Shown: positions 12,072 through 23,928 of the stretch, piece after piece
Position numbering within the stretch: position 1 is the stretch's first letter
Layout: every line of letters begins with the position of its first letter
Source of the DNA: the human T2T-CHM13v2.0 reference genome, Homo sapiens
Length of the DNA stretch: 64,000 nucleotides
Strand: one strand, 5' to 3'
Assembly: GCF_009914755.1 (NCBI RefSeq)
Contig: NC_060928.1
Translations under genes and position numbers: made by a program
Notes under the pieces: generated by a model
Database searches by the model: none
What the model saw: only the letters and a program-made list of their open reading frames with translations
Told to the model about the DNA's origin: nothing

Positions 12072-13827
12072 TATGCAATTTCATACTCAATTGCCACAAA
12101 AAGAATAAAATATCTAGGAATACAGCTAACTAGTGCAGTAAAAGATCTTTTCAAGGAGAACTACAAAACACTGCTCAAAAAAATCAGAGACGATACAAAC
12201 AAATGGAAAAATATTCTATGCTCATGGATAGGAAGAATCAATATTGTAAAAATGGCCACACTGCCCAAAGCAACTTACAGATTCAATGCCATTCCTATTA
12301 AACTACCATCGAGATTCTTCACAGAACTAGAAAAAGCTACTTTAAAATTTATATGGAACCAAAAAAGAGTCTAAGAAGCCAAGGGAATCCTAAGCACAAT
12401 GAACAAAGCTGGATGAATCACGCTAGCCGACTTCAAACTATACTACAGCCTACAGTAACCAAAACAGCAGGATACTGGTACAAAAGTGACATGTAGACAA
12501 ATGGAACAGAATAAAGGATCCAGAAATAAGGCCACACACCTACAACTATCTTCAACAAGCCTGACTAAAACAAGCAATGAGGAAAGGATTCCTTATTCAA
12601 TAAATGGTGCTAGGGAACTGGCTAGCTATACGCAGATTGAAACTGGATCCCCTCCTTACACCATATACAAAATTTAACTCAAAATGAGTAAAGATTTAAA
12701 TATATAACTGAAACCCTTGAAGACTCTGCAAGACAATCTAGGCAATACCATTCTGGACATAAGAATGGGCAAAGATTTTTATGACAAAGACACTAAAAGC
12801 AATTGCAATGAAAGTAAACATTGACAAACGGAATCTAACTAAACTAAAGAGCTTTTGCACAGGAAAGGAAACTATCAACAGACTGAACAGACAGCCTACA
12901 GGATGGGACAAAATGTTAGTAAACTATGCATCTGACAAGGGTCTGACATCCAGCATCCATAAGAAACTTAAATTTACAAGAAAAAAACAAGCAACCCCAT
13001 TAAAAAGTGGGCAAAGCACATGAACAGACACTTTTCAAAAAAAGACATGTATGCAGCCAAAAAGCATATGAAAAAACGCTCAACATCATTGATCGTTAGA
13101 GAAATGCAGATCAAAATCACAATGAGATATCATCTCACACCAGTCAGAATGGCTATATTAAAAAGTAAAAAATAACAGATGCTGGTGAGGTTGTGGAGAA
13201 AAAGAAAAGCTTTTACACTGTTTTGGGGAGAGTAAATTAGTTCAACCATTGTGGAAGACAGCGTGGCAATTCCTCAAAGACTTAAAGCAGAACTACCACT
13301 CAACCCAGCAAATCCCATTAATGGGTATATACCCAAAGAATATAAATTGTTCTATTATAAAGACACATGCGTGCATATGTTCACAATAGCAAAGTCATGT
13401 AATCAACATAAATGTCCATCAATGGTAGACTGAATAAAGAAAATGTGGTACATATACACCATGGACTACTATACAACCATTTAAACAAATGCTATCATGT
13501 CCTTTGAAGGACTATGGATGCAGCTGGAGGCCATTAACCTTGGCAAACTAACATAGGAATAGAAAAGCCAAATACCACATGTTCTCACTTACAAATGGGA
13601 GCTAAATGATGGAATACATGGACACCTACAGGGCAACAACACACATTGGGGCTTACCAGAGGATGGAGAGTGGGAGCTGAGAAAGGATTGAGAAATGTGG
13701 CTAACAGCTACTAGGCTTAATACCTGGGTGGTGAAATAGTCTGTACAACAAACCCCCAATGACTCAAGTTTACCTATGTAACAAAACTGCACAGGTACCC
13801 CAGGACTTAAAATAAAAGTTAAAAAAA
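12072..13827 (+). mobile_element. 5'-truncated L1 (L1PA13-16-like) nested in the L1MB
   Basis: Disrupted ORF2 3' third (LKSFCT.KETINR.NRQPT.W) and 3' UTR 'tactaggcttaatacctgggtg...aataaaagttaaaaaaa'. Confidence 0.9.
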
Positions 13828-14196
13828 TGGCCATTTAAATAAAACAAACAAGAAAATCAACCAAAACCCAAGAAAGTAACATGAGTTGGTTAGGATGTGG
13901 AGAAAGTGGAACCCTTGTGGATTGTTGGTAGAAATGTAAAATGGTGCAGCTGCTATAGAAAACAATATGGCAGCTATCAAAAAATTAAACAGAATTACCA
14001 TATGATTCAGGAATTTTGCTCCAGACAATTGGAAGCAGAGACTTATACAGATTGTTGTACAACAATATGCATTGAAGCATTATTCACAATAGCCAAAAGA
14101 CAGAAACAATCTAAATGTCCACTGACAGAGGAGTGGATAAGCAATATGTTGTATACACATTCAATGAAATATTATCCAGCCTTAAAAAGAAAGAAA

Positions 14197-14326
14197 GCCA
14201 GGCACAGTGGCATGTGCCTGTGCTCCCAGCTACTCAAGAGGCTGAGGTGAGAAGACTGCTTGAGCCCAGGAGTTTGACACTAGCCTGGGCAACATAGCAA
14301 GACGCCATCTCAAAAAAAAAAAAAAA
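14197..14326 (+). mobile_element. FLAM_A-like Alu monomer
   Basis: Single arm 'gccaggcacagtggcatgtgcctg...cccagctactc...cttgagcccaggagtttga...gcctgggcaacatagcaagac' plus poly(A). Confidence 0.85.
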
Positions 14327-15001
14327 CCAGAAGGAAAAAAGGAATGCAATTCTGATACATGCTACAACATGGATGAACTTTGAAGACATTTTGCTAAGTG
14401 AAGTAAGCCAGACACAAAAGGACAAATACTGTGCGAATTCCACTTCCATGAAGTACCTAAAAGGTCACATTCACAGAGACAGAAAGTCAAATTGTGGTTA
14501 TTATGATCTGGGGGTAGAAAGAAATGAGGAGTTACTGTTTAGTGAGTATAGACTTTCAATGTGGGACAATGAAAATGTTCTGGAGATGGATGGTGGTGAT
14601 GGTTGCACAGCAATGCAAATGTACTTAATATCACTGAATTGTAGACTTAAAAGGGGTTAAAATGATAAAAGTCATGTTATATATATTTAACCACCAAAAC
14701 AAAACAAACAAAAAAACAAAAAGGACAGAACTGTGATACTAGAAATCCTGGGAATTTCTGTGAGGTTTTCTGTTATCAAAAGGTGGAGCCTTAGAGTAGG
14801 TTTTCCTTTGTTTAGTAGAGCATAATAAATGGAGGTGTTTGGATATGCAAATATCCAAAATGCAACTTACACAAAGAATAATTGTGTGTGTATATATGTG
14901 TGTGCTGTAGAAGAAATGACTAAGGGATATCCAATATGTTGTTTTTTAAAAAATTTTGATTTTTGTGGGCACATAGTAGGTGTATATAATTATGGGGGGT
15001 A

Positions 15002-15401
15002 TGTTAAAAGAAAAATTTCAGCCAGATTAAATTTTAAAGAGTTTAATTAATTGAGCAATGAATGATTCATGAATGGGGCAGCCTCCCAAGCCAGAGTAGG
15101 CTCAGAGACTCCAGCGCAGCCACATAGTGGAAGAAGATTTATGAACAGAAAAAGGAAAATGACTCACAGAAAATGGAAGTGAGGTACAGAAACAGCTGGA
15201 TTGGTTACAGCTTGGCATTTGCCTTATTTAAACGTGATTTGAACACTTGGCCACCTTTGACCAAAACTCAGTGATTGGCACAAGAGTAGGCTACAGTCTG
15301 TTTACAACTCCATTTAGTTTATAGTTCACGTGGAAAAAGAAACCTTTAGGCTGAACTTAAAATATGTAAGGAGGCAGCTTTAGGCTAAACTTGATTTAAC
15401 A
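15002..15401 (-). mobile_element. MER57-family (ERV1) solo LTR
   Basis: TGTTAAA...TTTAACA termini; 'aggaggcagctttaggctaaacttgatttaaca'; 4-bp TSD ggta/gata. Confidence 0.85.
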
Positions 15402-15606
15402 GATACATGAGATATTTTGATACAGGCATACAGTGTGTAATAACCACATCAGGGTAATGGGGTATGCATCACCTCAAGCATTTATCCTTCATGTTGCAAA
15501 CAATCCAATTATACTTTTAGTTATTTTAAAATGTCCACTTAAATTATTATTGACTATAGTCACTCTGTTGTGCTAGTAAATACTAGATCTTATTCATTCT
15601 TTCTAA

Positions 15607-15928
15607 TTTGTTTGTTGTTTTTTGTTTGTTTGTTTTCGGTTTTTTTTAGACAGGCTCTTGCTCTGTCACCCAGACTGGAGTGCAGTGGCAAAATCTCAGC
15701 TCACTGCAACCTCTGTCTCCTGGGTTCAAGTGATTCTCATGCCTCAGCCTCCTGAGCAGCTGGGATTACAGGTGCCCGCCATGACACCCAGCTAATTTTT
15801 GTATTTTTAGTAGAGATGGGGTTTCACCATGTCGGTCAGGCTGGTCTCGAACTCCTGACCTCAAGTGATCAGCCCACCTCATCCTCCCAAAGTGCTGGGA
15901 TTACAGGGCTGAGCCACCAAGCCGGGCC
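15607..15928 (-). mobile_element. AluSx/Sz SINE
   Basis: Full dimer in reverse complement, 'cctgacctcaagtgatc', (TTTG)-like tail, 'tctaa' on both flanks. Confidence 0.95.
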
Positions 15929-17771
15929 TCTAACTATTTTTTGTACTCATTAACCACCTCCCCTTCTCACCCACACCCCCACTCCCCTTTCCAGTCTTTG
16001 GTAACCATCTCGTATGTAGTTTCAATTGTTGCCTTTCACTGCGGTGTGTTGTAATTTCCCTATTTCTCCAACTTTGAATCAAAACATATTGCACAACAAC
16101 CCTGGGTTAGGGGTAGAGAAGTGTTCAGCATGGCATAAAGTGGGCCAGTGAGAGAGGGTGACATCTGCAGTGCTAACATTGTAGGGATCACAAAGAAAGC
16201 TGCAGGCAGAGGTTGGTCAAGACAATGAGAAGCCCCACCCCCTCCCCAGTAACCCCTGGTGGGGAGGACAGGGAGGCATCCCACAAAACCTGGAATGGGT
16301 GTTCCAGTCATTTCATTTGCATGTTAAGGGGTGAGACCAGAAACCTATGGCATTTGGCGACACCAAGGTTACAAATGGCATCCAATTCATTATAATACGT
16401 AAATTCAAACATATCTTTGTGGGTTTGCTGGAGTAATTCTTTTTTGTTTTAGTCCTTTGACATTTTCTTCCCTAGAAGATACGCTTTTGTTGAAATTGAT
16501 AATTTACTACAGTCACGCACTAAGGCTAAGGTTTGCTGCCATACGTCGCTTATCATAGGAAGTACAAAGGATCAAAGTCCAACAGAACATTTTGTATTCT
16601 GCGTGTTCCACAGAGCTGTCTTGTTATAACTTTTTTTTTTCCATTAACACTGGAGAGGAAAATAAACTGATGTCAGCTGTGGACATTGCCAAAATAGACA
16701 TTTGATTTCTGTTAGCTTCGATCCCCCTCTCCTGGGCTTGCCACGTCTCACAGTGGGCTCTCAGGGCCTGATCTGCTGTGTGTAGGGCTTCCAGTGACAA
16801 GCATAGGAGAATCTCCTGTTCAGAGCTCAGCTGTCCTGTTGGAGTTCTTTCTCTTCCTCTTTGTGGAACATCTGGGAGACTCAATCAGAGACTGCTGAGC
16901 CCATCCCATCCTGAGATACAAATTTTAGGCACAACAATGTGGCTGACATGTGCAAGACCAACAGGGCTTAGCTTACAACATCTATGTTTTAGAAAAAGCT
17001 ATTTGTGTGTTCAATATGGTCTCCAGACATGGCCCATCTGAGCTACTGAAGGGAAACAATGGCCGTAGTGCAGGAAGTGGAGGGGGAAATGCAGCTTGCG
17101 TTCCTGTTCTCTTTCATGGAGTGGTGAATGCTGCAATGAGACCTCTTGGGATCTTCTCAAAACTGTGTCCCACATGGCCCATCAAGGTTGATCCTGACAG
17201 TCTCTTTAATACGGACTTCCAGGAGAGTGAAATTGAATTTGGGCAGGGAGGAAGGGAAGATCATATGATGGTTACAGTGCTGCTTAGGATCTGCAAGATC
17301 AACAGGCTACTGGTGCAGAAAGGAGTCACTGAGCATCCAACTCTGGGAAGGCAGAGGACTGACTGTAAGGAAGCCCTAGGCAGCTGGGTTACTGTGGTTC
17401 ACACATGTGTATGGTGTGCGTGTGCATGGGGTACACATGTGATCGGGGGCTTGGAGATTCTTGGGACCTTTTCCTCCTTCCCCATTTTTTCTTTATTGAG
17501 GTAAAATTCACATAACATAGAGTTAATCATTTAAATGTGTACAACTCAGTGGTATTTAGTACATTCACAGTGCTGTGCAACCATGACCTCTATCGAAATA
17601 TTTTACCACCCCCAAAGGAAGTCCCTATACTGATTAAGCAGTGTCTCCTGCATCCCTCTACCTCTACATGGTATAGCATAGGCTCCCATATAGCCTAGGT
17701 TTGCAAGCCCCTGGCAGCCACTAATCTACTTTCTGTCTCTATGGCTTTACCTATTCAAGGTATCTTATGTA

Positions 17772-19280
17772 TAGTCACATAGCAATGTTTTGGTCAACTG
17801 CATATACAACAGTGGTCCCATAAGATTATAATGGAGCTGAAAAATTCTTATGCCTAGAGATATCATAGCTATCCTGACATTGTAGCACAACACATCATGC
17901 ACGTGTTTGTAGTGATTCTGGTGTAACAAAACCTACCGTGATGTCAAGTCATATAAAAGTCTAGTATATACAATCATTTACAATACATAATACTTGATAA
18001 TGATAATAAGCAACTATGTTTCTGCTTTATCTATTTACTATACCATGCTTTTTATCATTACTTTAGATTGTACTCTTACTTATGTATTTAAAAGTTACTG
18101 TAAAACAGCCTCAGGCAGGTCCTTCAGGAGGTATCCAGAAGAAGGCATCATTATCATGGAGATGACTGCTCCATGCCTGTTACTGTCCCTGAAAACCTTC
18201 CAGTAGGACAAGATGTGAAATTGGAAGATAGTGATATTGATGATCCTGACCCTGTGTAGGTCTAGGCTAATGTGTGGGTTTGAGCCTTAGTTTTTTTTTT
18301 TTTCTTTTTCAGATGGAGTCTAGCTCTGTTGCCCAGTCTAGAGAGTGGCTCACTCCAACCTCCACCTGCTGGGTTCAAGGGATTCTCCTGCCTCAGCCTC
18401 CTGAGTAGCTGGGATTACAGGCATGCACCACCACACTCAGCTAATTTTCTGTATTTTTAGTAGAGACAGGGTTTTTCCATATTGGCCAGGCTGGTCTCAA
18501 ACTCATGGCCTCAAGTGATCCTCCTGCCTCAGCCTCCCAAAGTGCTGGGATTATAGACATGAGCCATGACACCTGGCCAGGATTTGTGTCTTAGTTTTTA
18601 ACAAAAAACAGTTTAAAAAGTAAAAAACAGTTAAAAATTTTAAAAATATGAAAAGCTAATAGAATAAGGATATAAAGAAAGAAAATATTTTTGGACAGCA
18701 GTACTATGTGTGTTTTAAGCTAAATGTTATTACAAGGGTCAAAAAGTTAAAAAAAATTTACAAGTTTATAAAATAAAAAGATACAGTTGGCTAAGGTTAA
18801 TTTCTAATTGAAGAAAGAATTTTAAAAATAAATTTAGTGTAGCCTCAGTGTGCAGTATTTATGAAGTCTACAGCAGTGTACAGTAATGACCTGGTCCTTC
18901 ACATTCACTCACCACTGGCTCACTGACTCACCCAGAGCAACTCCAGTCCTGCAAGCTCCATTCATGCTAAGTGCCCTATACAGGTGTACTATTTTTTTGT
19001 CTTTTATACTGTATTTTTACTATATCTTTTCTGTGTTTAGATATGTGTACATACACGAACACTTACTATTATATTACATTTACCTATAATATTTAGTACA
19101 GTAACATGCTGTACAGGTTTGTAGCCTAGGAGCCATAGAATATACAATATAGCCTAGGTTTGCAGTAGGCTACTATACATTTAGGTTCACATATTAGGTA
19201 TATAGTGTTTGCACAAGGATGAAATCATCTGATGATCCATTTCTTAGGACGTACCCCTGTCATTAAGCGACACATAACTG
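17772..19280. mobile_element. Tigger3b-like non-autonomous TcMar DNA transposon
   Basis: 'ggtcccataagattataatggagctgaaaaattc', 'caggtccttcaggaggtatccagaagaaggcat'; right TIR 'gtcattaagcgacacataactg' then TA; left TIR degenerate. Confidence 0.88.
18291..18578 (-). mobile_element. Alu (Sz/Jb-like) inside Tigger3
   Basis: Reverse-complement dimer with poly-T; flanking repeat tttgagccttagttttt / tttgtgtcttagttttt. Confidence 0.93.
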
Positions 19281-19545
19281 TAAATGGAATCGAACAATAT
19301 GTGATCTTGGTGTCTAGCTTCTTCCATTCAGCATAATATTTTAGAGAGTCATTCATGTTGTAACACATACCAGAACTTAATCCCTTTTTATGGCTGAATA
19401 ATGGTTCCATTGTATAGATATGTCACAATTTGTTTATCCATTCTTCAGTTGATGGCACATTTGGTTTGTTTTCAATCTTTGGTTATTGTGAATAATGCTC
19501 TATGAACGGTTGTGTACAAACTTTAGTTTGAAGTCCTCTCCCCCA

Positions 19546-19837
19546 TTTTTTTTTTTTTTTTGAGATGGAATCTCACTCTGTTACCTAGCTTTTAGTGCAG
19601 TGGCACTATCTGGGCTCACTGCAACCTCTGCCTCCCAGGTTCAAGCCATTCTCCTGGGCCAGCCTCCTGAGTAGCTGGGATTACACCTGCCACCACACCC
19701 AGCTAATTTTTGTATTTTTAGTAGAGACGGGGTTTCACCATGCTGGTCAGGCTGGTCTCAAACTCCTGACCTCGTGATTCACCCACCTCAGTTTCCCAAA
19801 GTGCTGGGATTACAGGCGTGAGCCACCATGCCCAGCC
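19546..19837 (-). mobile_element. AluSg-like SINE
   Basis: 'gacctcgtgat' 2-bp deletion diagnostic; TSD ctctcccccatttt / ctgtcccccatttt. Confidence 0.93.
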
Positions 19838-20666
19838 CTGTCCCCCATTTTATACTCTGCCTTTCTCAGTGTGCTAAAGGCAAAAAATATTACAAATGTT
19901 AAATGCAACATAATCATACATGAAATTAGTTCTATAAATTGTGGAGGTTCTACTGGTTCTACGACCACAGATGTAAACATTAGAACATATTTATGGCTAC
20001 AAATGAAAAATAAAGTATAATTATGTGTGTAACAACAAAGGGGTAGGAAAAATAAAAATTCAAAAATTCTATACTCCAACAAACAGGGAAGTATCTTTAA
20101 GTTTCTGTTCATCTTTAAAGAATTGAAGTTGGGAGTAGCAGACAATGCATTATGGGTACACTTCATGCCAGAAGCATTTTATAGATCACTAAATAATAAG
20201 TTCTCACTGAAATAAAAGGCCTCATATTACATATTGATAAATCATATATGTATATATTGAATATATGATTAGTACATAATGTATTGTATGTGTACAATTT
20301 AAATTGTAGATTTACATGTTTTAAGTTGAAATAAAGAGTGTATAATTTAGAGAAAACCATCAATCAGACAGCCATTAGCTTGTGCTCACTTCCCCTTTCT
20401 TCCTAGTTATGGACGATTGACAGTTTGTTTCTCAGGCAGGAATGTGCTGAGGAGAGAAGAGAGGGAAGATGGAGAGGAAACTGCTGAGCTGAAGCAGGTG
20501 GACACTCTAGTTGCATCCAGGAATCAGGAGAAAGAACGACAGTCCCCCTGGCTCTCCAATCCTCACCACACAAGCTGGGAAGTGTCATTAACACGCTCAG
20601 AGACAGAGGTCCTTCTCAGAGAGCCCTTGAGGTTCTGACCCTCAGGGGCTGCTTTTACAAGCAGGA

Positions 20667-20786
20667 GGGAATTACAGACATGGCACCACATCCAGCTAAT
20701 TTTTGCATTTTTTGTAGATATGAGGTTTTGCCATGTTTCCCAGGCTGGTTTCAAACTTCGAAGCTCCAGCAATCCACCTACTTTGG
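20667..20786 (-). repeat. Internal AluJ fragment, local copy of 21421-21541
   Basis: No Alu ends, tail or TSD; shares private substitutions with the AluJ ~750 bp downstream. Confidence 0.85.
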
Positions 20787-21206
20787 TCAGCTTCCTCCCC
20801 TGGGGTGGAGCATGGTACATTTATTTGTGGAGGTAATTTTCCATCTGAGAAAGGGTCACCAGCAGATATCGTAGTGAGCTGATAAGGTCTGATTTCACTA
20901 TTTTGCCTACAGCAGCTGTGGGTGACACAGGAACATCCTTTATTCAGTGGCAGCAAAGCTCTGCTTTCTTCTCAGGAGTTAAGGGGACCTATGGATTTCT
21001 AGCTCCATATAGGTAGGAGACTCAGCTAACAGCCAGCACTGAATTTCAGCTGCCACTGTATAGAAAGGAAGCTGACCATCACTGGTCAGATTGCTGCTCA
21101 AAAAGTGGGATTCTCTGAATACTTTGATGCCTCCCAGGCAGTCCTGCGTCTGACTCCAAGTCTATCATTTTGGTGGCTTTCTAAAGGAAAGATGAAATAT
21201 CTGTAA

Positions 21207-21624
<418 letters not shown>

Positions 21625-21965
21625 TAATATTCCCTTTCCCTAAACCTTTTTTTTTTTTGACAAGCCTCACCTGGGAGTCCCTAAGGTCAAAAGACAAACT
21701 GAAAGAAGTGTTTACTAAATAATCTGTAATTCTCAAAACCTGAAAATGCCTCTGAGCAGTTATAATGGAGATATTTGTGAATATCTCTTTGGAAATATAT
21801 TCTTTGAGTTGGTTAACAGTTTTCACTGTCTCAGACAAATGAATGAGGCCTGGTTTGATATTATAGAAAGCATCCCAATTACTGGGCATGGAGGGGTTTG
21901 CACTTGTTAGAAGCACAGGGGCTCAAGGGTTTGCTGTCTGGCTTCAAGATTGAGAAGGCACTGAG

Positions 21966-21966
<1 letters not shown>

Positions 21967-22010
<44 letters not shown>
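21967..22010. repeat. (TG)22 microsatellite
   Basis: Uninterrupted TG run. Confidence 0.97.
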
Positions 22011-22012
<2 letters not shown>

Positions 22013-22058
22013 TGTGTATAAGTAACATTTTCCTTGCTGAGTATGACTCAAGGGAGGG

Positions 22059-22806
22059 CATTATAGAATCCAACTGGGGTCTGCTTGCCCAGGCCAGTAA
22101 AACCAGATATCCACACTGAGGTTGCAGTGGTAGAAAGGAAGGCATTTATTTGCAAGGTGCCAAGCAAGGAGGACCAGGCAGCAAATGCTTACATCTTGAC
22201 CTCCCTGATGGCTTGCAGGTAAGGGTAAAGGCAGGGTAAATTTCAGGAAAGCAGAAGCTAGAGGGCAAAATTATAAATCAATACATGGAGTTAAACTTTG
22301 GTTTTGGCCTAAAAGGCCAAAATATCTTGAAGTTGTAGGGCATGAGGGAGCTTACGGGTAGTAGGTACGTTCAAAGATTTTCTGATTTGCAATTGTTTAA
22401 AAACTTGGGGTTAGCAGAAAAGAATATTAACTGGCTTGAAAATGTGACTCCCTCTAGGCCCCTCTGGAAGACATTTAGAGCAAAGAACCCTGGTCAAGTT
22501 TTCAGTCTTCAGTTCCCCCTTATTTGAGGTCTGCGGATCCAGTGAGAGGGGGTCCAAGTTTCTGAAAGACAACTCATGGACATGTGTTAAGATGTTATCT
22601 TTAAGTAGGGAAACCAAAAGCCTCCAGACCCCAATTTCCTTGGCTATTGTTTTAGGCTACTATTACCTTCTTGCTTATCAAGTTACTTACGTACTTCTCA
22701 GGGTTAGCAGGTGCCTGGAATTTCCCTTGAAGGAACTCAGAATTTTCCTTTATTTCCATGCTTGGGGGCCTACAGGCCTCCAAATAGGGGACACTGCTCT
22801 GTCTCA
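22059..22806 (-). mobile_element. MER39-family (ERV1) solo LTR
   Basis: Minus strand begins 'tgagacagagcagtgtcccct...caagcatggaaataaaggaaaattctgagttccttcaagggaaattccaggcacc'; 4-bp TSD aggg (22055-22058 / 22807-22810). Confidence 0.82.
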
Positions 22807-22909
22807 AGGGTATAGCAATTCCTTTTCAGAATCTAACCCTATAGATAGCCGGATGCCTATGGCTGCAAGTACCCTTGGATTACAGAGTCATTTGACATGG
22901 GGGCCATAG

Positions 22910-23088
22910 AAGCAGCACTGGACCTCTAGTCAGGAGGCCTGGCTCAGGATCCAGGGCTCTGCCACTTGCAGCTGAGTGACCCCAGACAAGACCCTTGACT
23001 TCCCCTGACTTCTCTGCCTCCTCTGTAAGAAGGGGGTCTGTACGGGTTGGTCTCCAACGGGTTCCCTCTGGTTCTCACAGCTATGATC
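22910..23088 (+). mobile_element. MIR/MIR3 fragment
   Basis: 'agcactggac...agtcaggaggcctgg...ctctgccactt..gctgagtgacc..gacaag..ccttgacttc...ctctgtaa'. Confidence 0.55.
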
Positions 23089-23709
23089 TTTTGTTGTAAT
23101 CAAGGCCTTGGCCCATCTACAGACAGCTGGTTTTAGAGGCTCAGTTTGTCAACAGCATCTGCATAATTTACCACTTCCTTCAGTCCCAGTATTTCTCAGC
23201 TGCTCAATGTCCTGTGGAATCTAAAGTGCTTTCCAGCTGAATGAGTGGGCAGAGAAGGAGAGGAGAAGAAAGTATGTAAAATATTGAAAGTGTGGGATTC
23301 CTGGGCAAGATGGCCGAATAGAAATAGCTCCGGTCTGCAGCTTCCAGCAAGACCAATGCAGAAGGCAGGTGATTTCTGCATGTCCAACTGAGGTACCCAG
23401 TTCCTCTCACTGGGACTGGTTAAACAGTAGATGCAGCCCATGGAGGGTGGGCTGAAGCAGGGTGAGGCATTGCCTCACCCAGGAAGCGCAAAGGATCAGG
23501 AAACTCCTTCTCCTAGCCAAGGGAAGCCATGAGGGACTGTGCCGTGAGGGATGGTGCACTCCAGCTCAGATACTATGCTTTTCTCATGGTCTTCACAACC
23601 TGCAGACTAGGAGATTCCCTTGGGTGCCTACACCACCAGGGCCCTGGGTTTCAAGCACAAAAGTCGGTGGCCATTTGGGCAGACACTGAGCTAGCTATAG
23701 GAGTTTTTT

Positions 23710-23928
23710 TCATACCCCAGTGGCACCTGGAACTCCAGCAAGACAGAACCATTCACTCCCCTGGAAAAGGGGCTGAAGCCAGGGAGCTAAGTGGTCTAGC
23801 TCAGCAGATCCAATCCCCACAGAGCCCAGCAAGCTAAGATCCACTGGCTTGAAATTGTCACTGCCAGCATAGCAGTCTGAAGTCAACCTGGGATACTCAA
23901 GCTTTGTGTGAGGAGGGTCGTCCGCCAT
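23710..23928 (-). CDS. L1 antisense ORF0-equivalent, 72 codons, open (expression unknown)
   Basis: Starts at gtaATGGcg in the 5' UTR antisense strand; MADDPPHTKLEYPRLTSDCYA aligns with the ORF0 N-terminus MAGAPPPASLPPCSLISDCCA. Confidence 0.45.
   Translation of the reverse strand: MADDPPHTKLEYPRLTSDCYAGSDNFKPVDLSLLGSVGIGSAELDHLAPWLQPLFQGSEWFCLAGVPGATGV

Larger units (their letters stand above)
10512..14720 (+). mobile_element. Old L1 (L1MB3/4-like) 3' portion, host to four younger insertions
   Basis: Collinear pieces 10512-10586, 10929-11609, 11927-12070, 13828-14196, 14330-14720; L1MB 3' UTR 'gttctggagatggatggtggtgatggttgcacagcaatg'. Confidence 0.85.
14945..16010 (-). mobile_element. L1MA1-3-like 3' end, interrupted by MER57 and an Alu
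   Basis: 'acatagtaggtgtatataattatgggg|ta..catgagatattttgatacaggcat...tgactatagtcactctgttgtgcta' is collinear across both insertions. Confidence 0.8.
17486..19537 (-). mobile_element. L1MB5/7-like 3' end, split by Tigger3
   Basis: 'tttattgaggtaaaattcacataacat...ccactaatctactttctgtctctatgg' resumes after 19282 with 'aatggaatc..acaatatgtg...tttttatggctgaataat'. Confidence 0.8.

Noticed and set aside
16950-17504. 184-aa ORF in mostly unique sequence
   Set aside because: GTG start, no recognisable domain, runs into an L1MB tail; compatible with a chance ORF. A BLASTP/PhyloCSF hit would be needed to revive it.
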